DNA from: an uncultured Oligoflexus sp.
GTDB lineage: Bacteria > Bdellovibrionota_B > Oligoflexia > Oligoflexales > Oligoflexaceae
NCBI GenBank assembly: GCA_964236955.1
Contig: CAXSGP010000030.1
Location: 1 to 47,576 of the forward strand
Reading direction: 5' to 3'
DNA: 47,576 nt
Below the pieces are notes generated by a model. It saw only the letters and a list, made by a program, of their open reading frames with translations, was not told the origin of the DNA and made no database searches. Of the stretch, positions 1-8,812 are shown piece after piece. A program made the position numbers and the translations under genes. Every line of letters starts with the position of its first letter. Within the stretch, counting starts at the first letter, position 1.

Positions 1-51
1 GCGTTACTGGGGATGTTCGACGTTGGCGTAGCCAAACGTCAACAGCCCCTA
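1..51. mobile_element. End of an insertion sequence (terminal inverted repeat plus TA), probably IS5 family; element extends beyond the left window edge
   Basis: 33..51 CAAACGTCAACAGCCCCTA is the exact reverse complement of 47524..47542. A GGGGCTGTTGAC terminus flanked by TA resembles IS5/IS427-type ends. Family assignment is inference. Confidence 0.65.
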
Positions 52-298
52 TTATCATGGGGCAACTGACCATCTTCCGCCATATCTCGAAAGTATCAAG
101 CAAGATATGGAATCACTTGGCCTGAAGGTAGAGTTTAAACAAGCAGACCGACCTGATTTTGATGGAGTCCAAAAGAAATCGGTTGGTTACATTTATGGAC
201 GGACTACAAATGTTGCTGATCCTCTACTCATGTTCAATTTCTATCTGCCCGATGGTCCCGTAAAACATAATTTTCCTAAAGAAGGGGAAGGAATCTAA
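52..298 (+). pseudogene. 5'-truncated gene fragment, possibly part of an ABC-type solute-binding protein
   Basis: The open frame runs from the IS end (...YLESIKQDMESLGLKVEFKQ...ADPLLMFNFYLPDG), resembling the 'I++dL++lGi+v' segment of family-5 solute-binding proteins. No signal peptide or N-terminus present. Confidence 0.35.
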
Positions 299-358
299 GG
301 ATCCCACCAAAGGCCAGGACTATAGCTGGCTCGATGAGATCGATGACGAGGAGGATTA

Positions 359-688
359 ATGGCCTTCACAACGCAATGGACAGTACCTGCGCAGGAAGTT
401 CATGAAGATTTGGAGCAAGGCGCCTTCCCAGCCTTTCAGCGGCGAAAGTCTGAAGGCGATACGAAGTCGAGCAGGATAAAGAGGCTTTTCAGGCAGGTTC
501 GAAAAACTATTGATTACTTGACAAGCAATCCCCGCCACCCGAGCCTCAAGTCGGACGAATACAGTGCTATAAATAACCCTGTTCGCCCGGGCGAAAAAGT
601 CTGGGAAGCCTATGTGCAGAACACGACGCCAGGGGCCTTTCGTCGGATCAGCAAGATTTTTAAGCCGAATAAGAATCGTAGTTTTTGA
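359..688 (+). pseudogene. RelE/ParE-like toxin-family protein, probably C-terminally truncated
   Basis: KTIDYLTSNPRHPSLKS...KVWEAYVQNTTPGAFR matches RelE-like 'L..NPrHPsL.th' and 'EAY.qn.tPgAyR' motifs. The expected 'ifw.ygp...ItIlaitpHP' tail is missing and the frame instead runs into the convergent gene. A TAATG overlap links it to a short acidic upstream frame. Confidence 0.5.
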
Positions 689-986
689 ACGTTATCACAT
701 GCTGCCCTGCATATTGAGTAGCTAAAAATCGACGGTGACGCGACAGGCAGAATCGTTGGTAGTTTTTGTAGGACTTATCATCGTTGAAAACTTTGATAAT
801 TTTCTTACAGTCGCTACAAACCATCATCGGATTGTTCTTGGCATGCATCTGTATAGTCCGTCTGCAGCATTCAAGTAGCTCGGGACATTCGTCTTGGGCT
901 TCGATTGCGACCGGTCCAGGACTTGACTCCGAGCTCAGCTCACTATGTTCATAGTTCATCATCGGATCAGACTCCCTTAGTACCAA
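660..986 (-). CDS. Small Cys-rich hypothetical protein
   Basis: ORF of about 100 aa with ECC and CSDC motifs; co-oriented with and downstream of the lipB cluster; true start may be the ATG at 962 or 959. Confidence 0.6.
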   Translation of the reverse strand: MVLRESDPMMNYEHSELSSESSPGPVAIEAQDECPELLECCRRTIQMHAKNNPMMVCSDCKKIIKVFNDDKSYKNYQRFCLSRHRRFLATQYAGQHVITFKNYDSYSA

Positions 987-1104
987 TAATTCCTCGGGCC
1001 ACGGCTACTACGGTGAAATCGCCCTACTGGCAAGCCTCACATCGCAACCTTCCGAACGGGGGATCATAACACGCTCACGCCTAGAAAACTTAGAAAACTT
1101 TTCT

Positions 1105-1815
1105 TCAAGGCTGGCCGACATGAGCGGTGCCCTCTATGGGAAGCAAATACGGCTGTAAATCAAGCTCCAAGCCCAGTCCACGACCCAATCTTCCTAAAAG
1201 CTCCGCCCGTAGGGCCTCCATGTCTATCCCATGATCAAGTTCCAACGCCATCGAAGTCACCCCTCGATCCCGAATGCCACAAGGTACAATGCTTTCAAAA
1301 AGACGCAGGGAGTTGTTCACATTGAGTGCAAGGCCATGCAGGCTCACGCGTTCCCGTATCCGCACGCCAACCGCACAGATTTTGTTTCGACCCACCCACA
1401 CGCCCGGATGCTCTGCGTCACAGCGACTTTCAATACCCCAAAGCTTAAGGGTGTCGATGACCACCCTAAGCAGTATATTCACATAGACTTTGGGCGGAAT
1501 CTGCATCTGCACCACAGGAATTATGGGATAAATGACAAGTTGCCCCGGCATGTGAGCCGTGACTTCCCCCCCCCTATCCGTCCTCACACAATCAATGCCC
1601 TGCTCCCTCATCGCCTTGGCATCGATCAAGATGAGACCGGGGTCTGCATGCTTACCGAGGGTGAGCACCGCAGAATGTTCGAGTGCCAAAATACAGCCTG
1701 GAAGTTCCTTTTGAACAACCTGCTTATGGTAAAACTCCTGGGCTTCATAAGCATCGTTATAGCTGACAGTCCCCAGCCATTTTACGGACGTGGGGCCAGG
1801 CTGCGCAATTGACAT
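1105..1815 (-). CDS. lipB: Lipoyl(octanoyl) transferase LipB
   Basis: Motifs LEHSAVLTLG, TDRGGEVTAHMPGQLVIYPI, KICAVGVRI, HGLALNVN, IVPCGI. Confidence 0.95.
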   Translation of the reverse strand: MSIAQPGPTSVKWLGTVSYNDAYEAQEFYHKQVVQKELPGCILALEHSAVLTLGKHADPGLILIDAKAMREQGIDCVRTDRGGEVTAHMPGQLVIYPIIPVVQMQIPPKVYVNILLRVVIDTLKLWGIESRCDAEHPGVWVGRNKICAVGVRIRERVSLHGLALNVNNSLRLFESIVPCGIRDRGVTSMALELDHGIDMEALRAELLGRLGRGLGLELDLQPYLLPIEGTAHVGQP

Positions 1816-2420
1816 AAAAACTCCAAAGCTTCGATCCGAAACATCGCTTCGTCGGGGTTTGTGCCCCAGGCATATACGCCATGGTCTTCCAGCACCAGCA
1901 GTTTGAGTTCGAGATTGAGCTGCACTTCCCTGCCAAGCTGATCCATATCCTGGGTATTGGGCAGTGAGGGGACAATGACATGAAGCTCATGGGACTTGAA
2001 ACCAAAGGCTTTCAGCATTTCATTATGAGACAGACTAAAACCGGCTTTCACCAGCGCCGTCGTATGTGGCGGATGCACATGCATCACCGCCATGGCCGTG
2101 GGATCGGCCCGATAAACGGCGCAATGCAGAGCGGTCTCGTCAGAGGGTTTCCTATAACAGGGCTGAATGACCTCCGCCCTGGCATAATCAACGGGAAGAA
2201 AGGCGGTCCACTCGAGCATGCCCTTATGTTTGCCACTGGGACTAATCCAGCACATAGCACCATCACGCACAGAAAAATTACCGCCGGTTGCCGGATGCCA
2301 GGACCGATTGGCACTTTGCGTGGCTAATGTGGTCGTTCGCTTCAGATGCTGCTTTGCCAAAGGCGAAGGGAACGCCAGGGGATGAAGACCTGACTTCTGA
2401 GTGGGCCACGTTAAAACCAT
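1782..2420 (-). CDS. mtnB: Methylthioribulose-1-phosphate dehydratase (class II aldolase/adducin family)
   Basis: WHPATGGNFSVR, ISPSGKHKG, KPSDETALH, VMHVH, EMLKAF, PNTQDM, HGVYAWG, EALEFL. Confidence 0.85.
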   Translation of the reverse strand: MVLTWPTQKSGLHPLAFPSPLAKQHLKRTTTLATQSANRSWHPATGGNFSVRDGAMCWISPSGKHKGMLEWTAFLPVDYARAEVIQPCYRKPSDETALHCAVYRADPTAMAVMHVHPPHTTALVKAGFSLSHNEMLKAFGFKSHELHVIVPSLPNTQDMDQLGREVQLNLELKLLVLEDHGVYAWGTNPDEAMFRIEALEFLCQLRSLAPRP

Positions 2421-2422
2421 TG

Positions 2423-3052
2423 TTAAGCTCCCCCAAATATTTTCGGATCACCAACACCGACACGAATAATCTGCGCCTCGCCGTCCGTGAAATCCACGAT
2501 CGTGGATTCCAAGGCCGAAAGCTCCTGCCCAAGATCAAGCAACAGATCGATCCCATGGCCAAACTCCTCAAAGAGCTCATAGCCCATATGGATAGCCTCG
2601 CCACTTGAGGTAAGGGGAATCGACGTCGTCGCCAGGGGTTTGCCAAAACGGGTGACAAGCTCTCTGACCAATAGACATTCGGGTACCTTTATGCCGACGA
2701 CAGGCCTTTTATCCTTGATTTGCCGCGGCAAAGACTTATGGCGGGTGAGAATCACGGTATAAGGTCCAGGCCAGCATTTTTTGAGCATACGATACTGAAG
2801 GTTATCAATATTGCCGACCGTGGCTGCCATGGAAATATCCGCACAGATCAAACTGAAAGGTTGATCCCGCGGATGGGTCGGTTTCAGACGCTTGATGCGA
2901 TCCAACGCTTTACTGCTGCTGGCATCGCATCCAAAAGCCCAGTTGCTGTCGAGCGGATAGGCGATGATCCCATCATTCTCGAGAATGGTCAGCGCTTTTT
3001 TCATATCCCGCTCCGATACGGGATTCACATAAGTATAAAGATGCTCCGCCAT
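2423..3052 (-). CDS. Sua5/YciO/YrdC-family protein (YciO-like)
   Basis: GIIAYPLDSNWAFGC, PFSLIC, WPGPYTVIL, VGIKVP, PLATTS, STIVD, IIRVGVGD. Confidence 0.9.
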   Translation of the reverse strand: MAEHLYTYVNPVSERDMKKALTILENDGIIAYPLDSNWAFGCDASSSKALDRIKRLKPTHPRDQPFSLICADISMAATVGNIDNLQYRMLKKCWPGPYTVILTRHKSLPRQIKDKRPVVGIKVPECLLVRELVTRFGKPLATTSIPLTSSGEAIHMGYELFEEFGHGIDLLLDLGQELSALESTIVDFTDGEAQIIRVGVGDPKIFGGA

Positions 3053-3059
3053 GTTTCGC

Positions 3060-4118
3060 TCAGTGTGACGAACCTCTGGTCTTATCGAATGTCCGCACTT
3101 CGTCGATAGCTATCAGGAGAGCTTCAGGCGGAGTGTGGGGCAATAGACCATGACCCACGTTAAAGATATGTCCGCGAGCCTTTTGGCCCGCTTCAAGAAC
3201 CTGACGAACATTGCGTCGCAGCAAAGCTTCAGGCGCCATAAAGGATTGGGGATCGAGGTTACCCTGAACGCTGACGTTGAGGCCAAGATTCTCGATCAAA
3301 GCGATGGCGCGTGGCAGACGGCTGCGCCAGTCGATAGCCAGCACATCACCGAGGTAACCGCTGAGCTCAAAGAGCCATTCCAGAGTTTGTCCGGGATAAT
3401 AGATGACGGGTCCGTCCCACTTGGCTTTGACCGACTCGATAACTTTATTCATATGAGGAAAGACCAGATCTCGATAATCTTCGGCCGTCATCTGGTTTGC
3501 CCAGGTGTCGAAGAGCATCAGGCAATCGGCGCCGGCTTTAACCTGCATCAAAAGGTACTCTATCGTCACCGCTGCGATGAGTTCCATCAATTCCCGAAAA
3601 ACCTGCGGCTGGGTGTAACGCAGTCTTTTGACTTCGGTAAAGGTCTTCGAGCCCGAACCTTCTATCATATAGCTGGCGACGGTAAACGGTGCACCGGCAA
3701 AGCCTATCATCGTTTGATCGGGACGCAGGCTCTTCTTCGTAAGGGTGATCGCCTCGCCGACGTAGCCCAGTTCTTTTTCAACATTGGGATGGCGCAGCTT
3801 AAAGAGATCCTGAGCCGACCGTATCGGGTGATCGAGAACGGGACCATGTCCCGAGTCAAAGGTCAAATGCTGACCCATCGCCGTGCATGGGATTAGGATA
3901 TCGGAAAAAATAATCGCTGCATCGAGATCGAAGCGCCGGAGGGGCTGCAGGGTGACTTCAGCCGCCAAAGCCGGATTCGTACAAAGACCGACGAAGTCGA
4001 TATCCTTTCGAATCGCTCGGTATTCCGGCAGATAACGCCCTGCCTGACGTAAAAACCAAATTGGTGTTCGTTCGCTTGCGCGACCAAATGCTGCTTCGAC
4101 CAAAGTCTTCTTGCTCAC
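3060..4118 (-). CDS. hemE: Uroporphyrinogen decarboxylase
   Basis: PIWFLRQAGRYLPEY, DAAIIFSDIL, IGFAGAPFTVASY, QGNLDP, HIFNVGHG. GTG start at 4118 with GAGGAG RBS 7 nt upstream. Confidence 0.97.
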   Translation of the reverse strand: MSKKTLVEAAFGRASERTPIWFLRQAGRYLPEYRAIRKDIDFVGLCTNPALAAEVTLQPLRRFDLDAAIIFSDILIPCTAMGQHLTFDSGHGPVLDHPIRSAQDLFKLRHPNVEKELGYVGEAITLTKKSLRPDQTMIGFAGAPFTVASYMIEGSGSKTFTEVKRLRYTQPQVFRELMELIAAVTIEYLLMQVKAGADCLMLFDTWANQMTAEDYRDLVFPHMNKVIESVKAKWDGPVIYYPGQTLEWLFELSGYLGDVLAIDWRSRLPRAIALIENLGLNVSVQGNLDPQSFMAPEALLRRNVRQVLEAGQKARGHIFNVGHGLLPHTPPEALLIAIDEVRTFDKTRGSSH

Positions 4119-4323
4119 TCTCGTGCTCCTCAAAAAAATCCGAAAATGAAGGAGTCGCTAACGCCTAAAAACCAAACCGTTAGTGCAGCCATCCCGCCGT
4201 AGCCTACCGCTAGACAAGGCTCAGCTTACCATGAGACAATCAAGGAGCAGAACTCTATACCGCAGGTTGCCGATTTCTCACCTTAAAGAAACCTTTGCTT
4301 TTTTTTAACAGTCAGAGGTCGTT

Positions 4324-5133
4324 ATGACTCAGACAGCACCCGCTTCCTTAGATCTCCTGATGCAGTTTGATCGTTTTGAAGAAAAGCTGGAAGACTGGTG
4401 TGATCAACTGACCCAACTCAGTCCGTATTTACCCGCAGGTGATGCCATAAAACTCGCGCACCGCTGGGAAACCATGCGCCAAAATCTTGACACGATCTTT
4501 CTTCATTATGGTCGTTCTCCCTCGCGGCTTGTGGCGGTTATGGACGGCCTACCGCCTTTGCGCGAATTAACCCAAAACGAACTGGATATGACCCTTGATG
4601 CCTTGCTTATTGCCAAGAAGGCACTCAATAATTTTACCCGGCTGTCGCAGCAGCGTCTGCCTCTACTCGATCAGGCTCTCAAAAATGGCGAAAATCCTGC
4701 ACGGCTGCGTCGCAGCATCGACAAGATGGAGAAACTTCAGGCATCCTTTGCCACACGCCTCCAGGCCCTCAAACTTTCCGTCGATCAATTCGACTCCGTT
4801 GCTCTATACACCGAGGAATCCAGTCTTCTGGAAACCACCCGTCAGGTCATCGACCAGACACAACGGGTTGAGGCGCTTCGAAATGCCAACTCCAAACTCG
4901 AGCTTCAAAAAGAAAAGATGCAGACCTGGCTGAAAGACTCCAAACGGCAGCTGCAGACAAGGCCGGCCCATCCCCCGCCAAGCGCCGGAGCATTGGGAAT
5001 AGCGGGGCAAAGCCTGACGGGATCCAGCAACGACACGGACAAGGCCCTTGAAAGTCTCTTTTTAAATCGTGATAAACTTCGCGAAGCCCGACGTTATCTC
5101 GAGACTCTCCTCATATCGAAAGAGTCGCTATGA
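4324..5133 (+). CDS. Hypothetical alpha-helical/coiled-coil protein
   Basis: 269-aa ORF, GAGG RBS, rich in L/Q/E/K; its stop overlaps the next ATG (ATGA). Confidence 0.8.
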   Translation: MTQTAPASLDLLMQFDRFEEKLEDWCDQLTQLSPYLPAGDAIKLAHRWETMRQNLDTIFLHYGRSPSRLVAVMDGLPPLRELTQNELDMTLDALLIAKKALNNFTRLSQQRLPLLDQALKNGENPARLRRSIDKMEKLQASFATRLQALKLSVDQFDSVALYTEESSLLETTRQVIDQTQRVEALRNANSKLELQKEKMQTWLKDSKRQLQTRPAHPPPSAGALGIAGQSLTGSSNDTDKALESLFLNRDKLREARRYLETLLISKESL

Positions 5134-6053
5134 TTGAAAATCGCCAGTCTTTGGAAGTTCAATGGAACGCCTGGGAGCTCGAACTCAAAGATTTCGAGCC
5201 GATCTCTCCCGAACGTCGCAGGGCTCTGTTTAAGATCGCCGGAATATGGGCTCAGCTGGCTACCTTGAGCGAGGATCTGCAAAAAGACTACCTTTCGAAC
5301 GACAAGGGGCTTCGCTACCTCGGGTTAAATGCGCTCAAAATCGCCGCTCTGAATAGGGTGCAAAAAATTGAAGGTGATGAGGTCAGCTATATGCACCTCT
5401 GTCTGCAGCTGACCCACAATTTAATCCTGACCAATATTCTCCGCCTGCGCCTTCATCCCGGTGCCCATCAAAAGTTGAAAACCCAGTTTCAACCTGAGGA
5501 GATCAGCCTTTATCTGTCGGCGAAGGAACTCTTCACCAAACAGGAAAAGGACCTTTGGGCTGATCGCAACGCGCTGCAAAAAGCGATCGCGGACCTCAAG
5601 GAAGAATATGAAATGTTTGTCTTTACCGAAAGCTCCTATGAAGCGGCGCGATCCTTTGGAACCAAAAAACCTGATATTGAGAGTCACCGTTCGTCCTGGA
5701 ATGCGTTCTCGCAGTTGCTGACGTCGATGGCTCTGTCGATACACGAAGAGCAGCGCGGCGAGTTCATCAAACGCTGCGGCAGGATCAATGCTCAGCGCGA
5801 GCAGCTCTTCGAAAGCTGCCGTCGCCTCCTCGAAAAGCAGGCGGCGGGCAAGGACGTCAAAAGAGTTCAACGCCAACTTCGGCATAATGTGTTGGAGATA
5901 ACTCGACTTGAAAAAGAGATAAATACCGCCCTAAGTGAACTTTCCGTCCCAGGTCTAGGGGATCAGGTCTCATTGAGAGTGAAAATAAATCCAGAGCAGG
6001 TTACAACTTTTCAACGAATTAAATTGAGTCAAACAACCGGAGATAAGACATGA
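5130..6053 (+). CDS. Hypothetical alpha-helical/coiled-coil protein
   Basis: 307-aa ORF with ATGA overlaps at both ends; helical charged composition. Confidence 0.8.
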   Translation: MIENRQSLEVQWNAWELELKDFEPISPERRRALFKIAGIWAQLATLSEDLQKDYLSNDKGLRYLGLNALKIAALNRVQKIEGDEVSYMHLCLQLTHNLILTNILRLRLHPGAHQKLKTQFQPEEISLYLSAKELFTKQEKDLWADRNALQKAIADLKEEYEMFVFTESSYEAARSFGTKKPDIESHRSSWNAFSQLLTSMALSIHEEQRGEFIKRCGRINAQREQLFESCRRLLEKQAAGKDVKRVQRQLRHNVLEITRLEKEINTALSELSVPGLGDQVSLRVKINPEQVTTFQRIKLSQTTGDKT

Positions 6054-7210
6054 GCGCCCATCAAAGCCACCCGCTTACCCGTCTGAGTGATGATGAAAAA
6101 ATGTTTCAGGCGGAAGTCGAAAAACTCGCACTTCAAGTCGTGAAGCCGCGAGTCCTGCATATGGATGAGACAGAGACGATGGATCCGGAGATCGTCAAAC
6201 AGCTCTTTGCCTTCGGTTTGATGGGCATTGAACTGCCGGAGGAATTCGGTGGGTCGGGAGGCAGCTTCATGATGGCTGTCCTCGCCATTGAAGCGATCAG
6301 TAAGGTCGATCCCTCCGTTGGCGTGCTCTGCGACGTGCAGAACACCCTGGTGAATAACATCTTCCTGCGCTGGGCCAACCCGGCGCAAAAAGCCAAGTAC
6401 CTACCCCAGCTTGCAGCTTCAAAAGTCGGCAGTTACTGTCTCACCGAAGCTAATTCGGGTTCCGATGCGTTTGCCATGAAATGCCGCGCGTATGACGAAG
6501 GCTCCCACTACCGCATCGACGGCAAAAAGATCTTTATCACCAATGCAAAAGAAGCTGACATCTTTATCGTGTTCGCCAACGTCAATCCAGAATTGGGCTA
6601 CAAAGGCATCACGGGCTTTATCGTCGAGCGCGGCATGCCGGGCTTTGCCATCGGGAAAAAAGAAGTGAAGCTCGGCATTCGCGCATCATCGACCTGTGAA
6701 GTTCTGCTTGATAACGTCAAGGTACCCAAAGATAATCTGATCGGCGAATATGGCAAAGGCTATAAAATCGCCATCGAGACTCTCAATGAAGGTCGTATCG
6801 GTATCGCGGCTCAAATGCTTGGACTGGCTCAGGGCGCCTTTGATGGAGCCTTGAAGTATGCGGGCGAGCGTGAGCAGTTTGGCAAGGCGCTCAACGATTT
6901 CCAAGGCATTCAATTTCAATTGGCCGAGATGGCAACCGAAATCGAAGCGGCCCGCCTCATGGTTTACAATGCCGCCCGTTTGAAGGATGCCGGCGAGGAC
7001 TTCATCAAGGAAGCGGCGATGGCGAAATACTTCGTGTCCGACGTTGCGGAGCGTGTGGCTTCGAAGTCGCTCGAGGTTTACGGCGGATATGGCTTCATCA
7101 AGGAATTTCCAGCCGAGAAATTCTACCGCGATGCGAAGATTGGCAAGCTCTATGAAGGAACCTCCAACATGCAGCTGCAGACAATCTTCAAACTCCTTCA
7201 GTCCAAATAA
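6050..7210 (+). CDS. Acyl-CoA dehydrogenase (short/branched-chain type)
   Basis: GSYCLTEANSGSDAF, GKKIFITNA, KLGIRASSTC, LNEGRIGIAAQ, REQFGK, GGYGFIKEFPAEKFYRDAKIGKLYEGTSNMQ. Confidence 0.95.
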   Translation: MSAHQSHPLTRLSDDEKMFQAEVEKLALQVVKPRVLHMDETETMDPEIVKQLFAFGLMGIELPEEFGGSGGSFMMAVLAIEAISKVDPSVGVLCDVQNTLVNNIFLRWANPAQKAKYLPQLAASKVGSYCLTEANSGSDAFAMKCRAYDEGSHYRIDGKKIFITNAKEADIFIVFANVNPELGYKGITGFIVERGMPGFAIGKKEVKLGIRASSTCEVLLDNVKVPKDNLIGEYGKGYKIAIETLNEGRIGIAAQMLGLAQGAFDGALKYAGEREQFGKALNDFQGIQFQLAEMATEIEAARLMVYNAARLKDAGEDFIKEAAMAKYFVSDVAERVASKSLEVYGGYGFIKEFPAEKFYRDAKIGKLYEGTSNMQLQTIFKLLQSK

Positions 7211-7220
7211 ATACTTTTCG

Positions 7221-7251
7221 AAAAAAGGCCCTCACCAGGGCCTCTGTTTTT
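7221..7251 (+). terminator. Probable intrinsic terminator
   Basis: Stem AGGCCCT-cacc-AGGGCCT preceded by an A-run and followed by CTGTTTTT, just after the acyl-CoA dehydrogenase stop. Confidence 0.55.
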
Positions 7252-7268
7252 GCCGATGGAGCCTGAAA

Positions 7269-8222
7269 ATGCAGCTTTTGCTCAACATCCTTGTTCTCAC
7301 CGCGCTGATGCCGGGCGTTGATGCCCTTGCCCATACCGCCCAATTTCGCTCCGATCTTCAACTGGCCGCGCCGGTGTTTTGCGGCGAAAGCACGCTTTCC
7401 CTGGCCGCATCTTCCGTATTTGACGCCCAGATTGAACTGGCTTTTGTCGGCAGCGTGGCTGATATGGATCGTTTCGCCAAGCATTTTGCTGAGCAAAACG
7501 GTCATTCCGGCTATGGTTTTGGCAACTGCCAGGACCACCGGCAATGGATCGTGAGCACACCATCATCCGCGCCAATTTTGGCGGTAAATCCCAGTAAAAC
7601 TAGCGTGTTTATTCATAGCGAAGCACTTAGAAAAGACTGCGCAAGCTTTGATGTCGATGCGCTCGTACAAGATGTAACGCAGCCCGTTGCCCTCTTAAAG
7701 AATAAGGTACCCGATTCCGGGATAAGCGCGCTGAGTTTAACGGCCGTCCCTTACACAAGCCTTTCCTTGACCTGCCATCCGCCCTTGAAGGCAAGCCGGG
7801 GCCCTGAGCTTTGGGCATTCCTTGCGCTTCAGCCTGCGCCAGCGATGCCACGATTGAATTCAGAACACGACTTGCTGCAGTGGCTTAGAAAACAACGCGC
7901 CGACAGCGGCCTTCCCTCATTGGCAATGGCCGCTGAACCCCTACAAAAAGTTGCTGATGAAGCGGCAAGACAACAGGATCTGCATCATCCTCGCGCACTT
8001 CTGCTCGACTCCAGGGCCAGGCTTAGAAAGCGCGGCATAGTGATACTGGGCGAGAACCGGGCGACTGCGGAAAGCTACTCAGACCTTGGATCGCTACTCT
8101 GGAATTCTCCTCAGCATCGGCGCCTACTGCTCCATTCCAAGGCCAATGCAATAGCTCTGAATACCAGTGTTTTACCGAACAGAAGCGAAAAACTACTTGT
8201 CATGATACTCGCGAAACAATAG
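7269..8222 (+). CDS. Secreted protein with a C-terminal CAP (SCP)-like domain
   Basis: Signal-peptide-like start MQLLLNILVLTALM at 7269; C-terminal RADSGLPSL...GENRA...LWNSPQHRRLLL is a CAP signature. Confidence 0.7.
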   Translation: MQLLLNILVLTALMPGVDALAHTAQFRSDLQLAAPVFCGESTLSLAASSVFDAQIELAFVGSVADMDRFAKHFAEQNGHSGYGFGNCQDHRQWIVSTPSSAPILAVNPSKTSVFIHSEALRKDCASFDVDALVQDVTQPVALLKNKVPDSGISALSLTAVPYTSLSLTCHPPLKASRGPELWAFLALQPAPAMPRLNSEHDLLQWLRKQRADSGLPSLAMAAEPLQKVADEAARQQDLHHPRALLLDSRARLRKRGIVILGENRATAESYSDLGSLLWNSPQHRRLLLHSKANAIALNTSVLPNRSEKLLVMILAKQ

Positions 8223-8255
8223 CATTCAGCGCATGAACCCAAAGGGAGTGTGGCC

Positions 8256-8738
8256 ATGAATCTCCGAGATCAACTTCTCAAGTCAGGTCTTGCGAGCAAA
8301 GAGCAGGCAAAAAAAGCCCAGCGCGAGGTGAGCAAACGCCAGCATCAAAAAATTCAGGAAGCGCGCGACCCGAATGCTCCGGCGGAGACTTCTATAGCTG
8401 AGCAGGCCCTGAGCGTCCAACGTGAAGCCGATCGGCTCCTCAATCTTAAACGCAATGAGGAACGTCTCGCTAAAGAGGCTGAAGCCCGCGCAATCGATAT
8501 AATCACTTGTCATCAGCTTATTGATGTCCGGGCGACGGAACCCTATTATTTCCTGGTCGATACCAAACGAATCTGTTCGATAAGGGTGCTTGATGAGCAA
8601 ATTCCCCTTTTGGAAAAAGGCGAACTCGCTATCGCAAGCCTTGATGCCGAAACCGGCTTTGTTTTAGTGACGGCTGAAAATGCCGAAAAGATTCGCGCCG
8701 GCCATGCCAGATATATTCTTTGTCAGCATAAGGACTAG
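8256..8738 (+). CDS. DUF2058 (YaiL-like) family protein
   Basis: N-terminal MNLRDQLLKSGLAS; C-terminal YYF...I.V...L..GELAIA...V.AE.AEKI pattern. Confidence 0.8.
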   Translation: MNLRDQLLKSGLASKEQAKKAQREVSKRQHQKIQEARDPNAPAETSIAEQALSVQREADRLLNLKRNEERLAKEAEARAIDIITCHQLIDVRATEPYYFLVDTKRICSIRVLDEQIPLLEKGELAIASLDAETGFVLVTAENAEKIRAGHARYILCQHKD

Positions 8739-8812
8739 GGAAGGTATTGGTGCAAATCGTTCATCCTCAACCGGCTTGTGTTGAGGATATAACATGCCGG
8801 CGCTTGGCAATC

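Noticed and set aside
1082..1100. TAGAAAACT tandem repeat
   Set aside because: Only two 9-bp AT-rich copies; compatible with chance or slippage.
3150..3896. Long antisense ORFs, such as 3150..3896, 1231..1812, 24351..24908, 29316..29888, 33154..33681 and 44993..45583
   Set aside because: They are shadows of well-supported genes on the opposite strand and have no recognisable motifs.
6987..7268. N-terminal 94 aa of the 411-aa ORF 6987..8222
   Set aside because: It overlaps the acyl-CoA dehydrogenase in another frame and crosses a terminator; a signal-peptide start exists at 7269.
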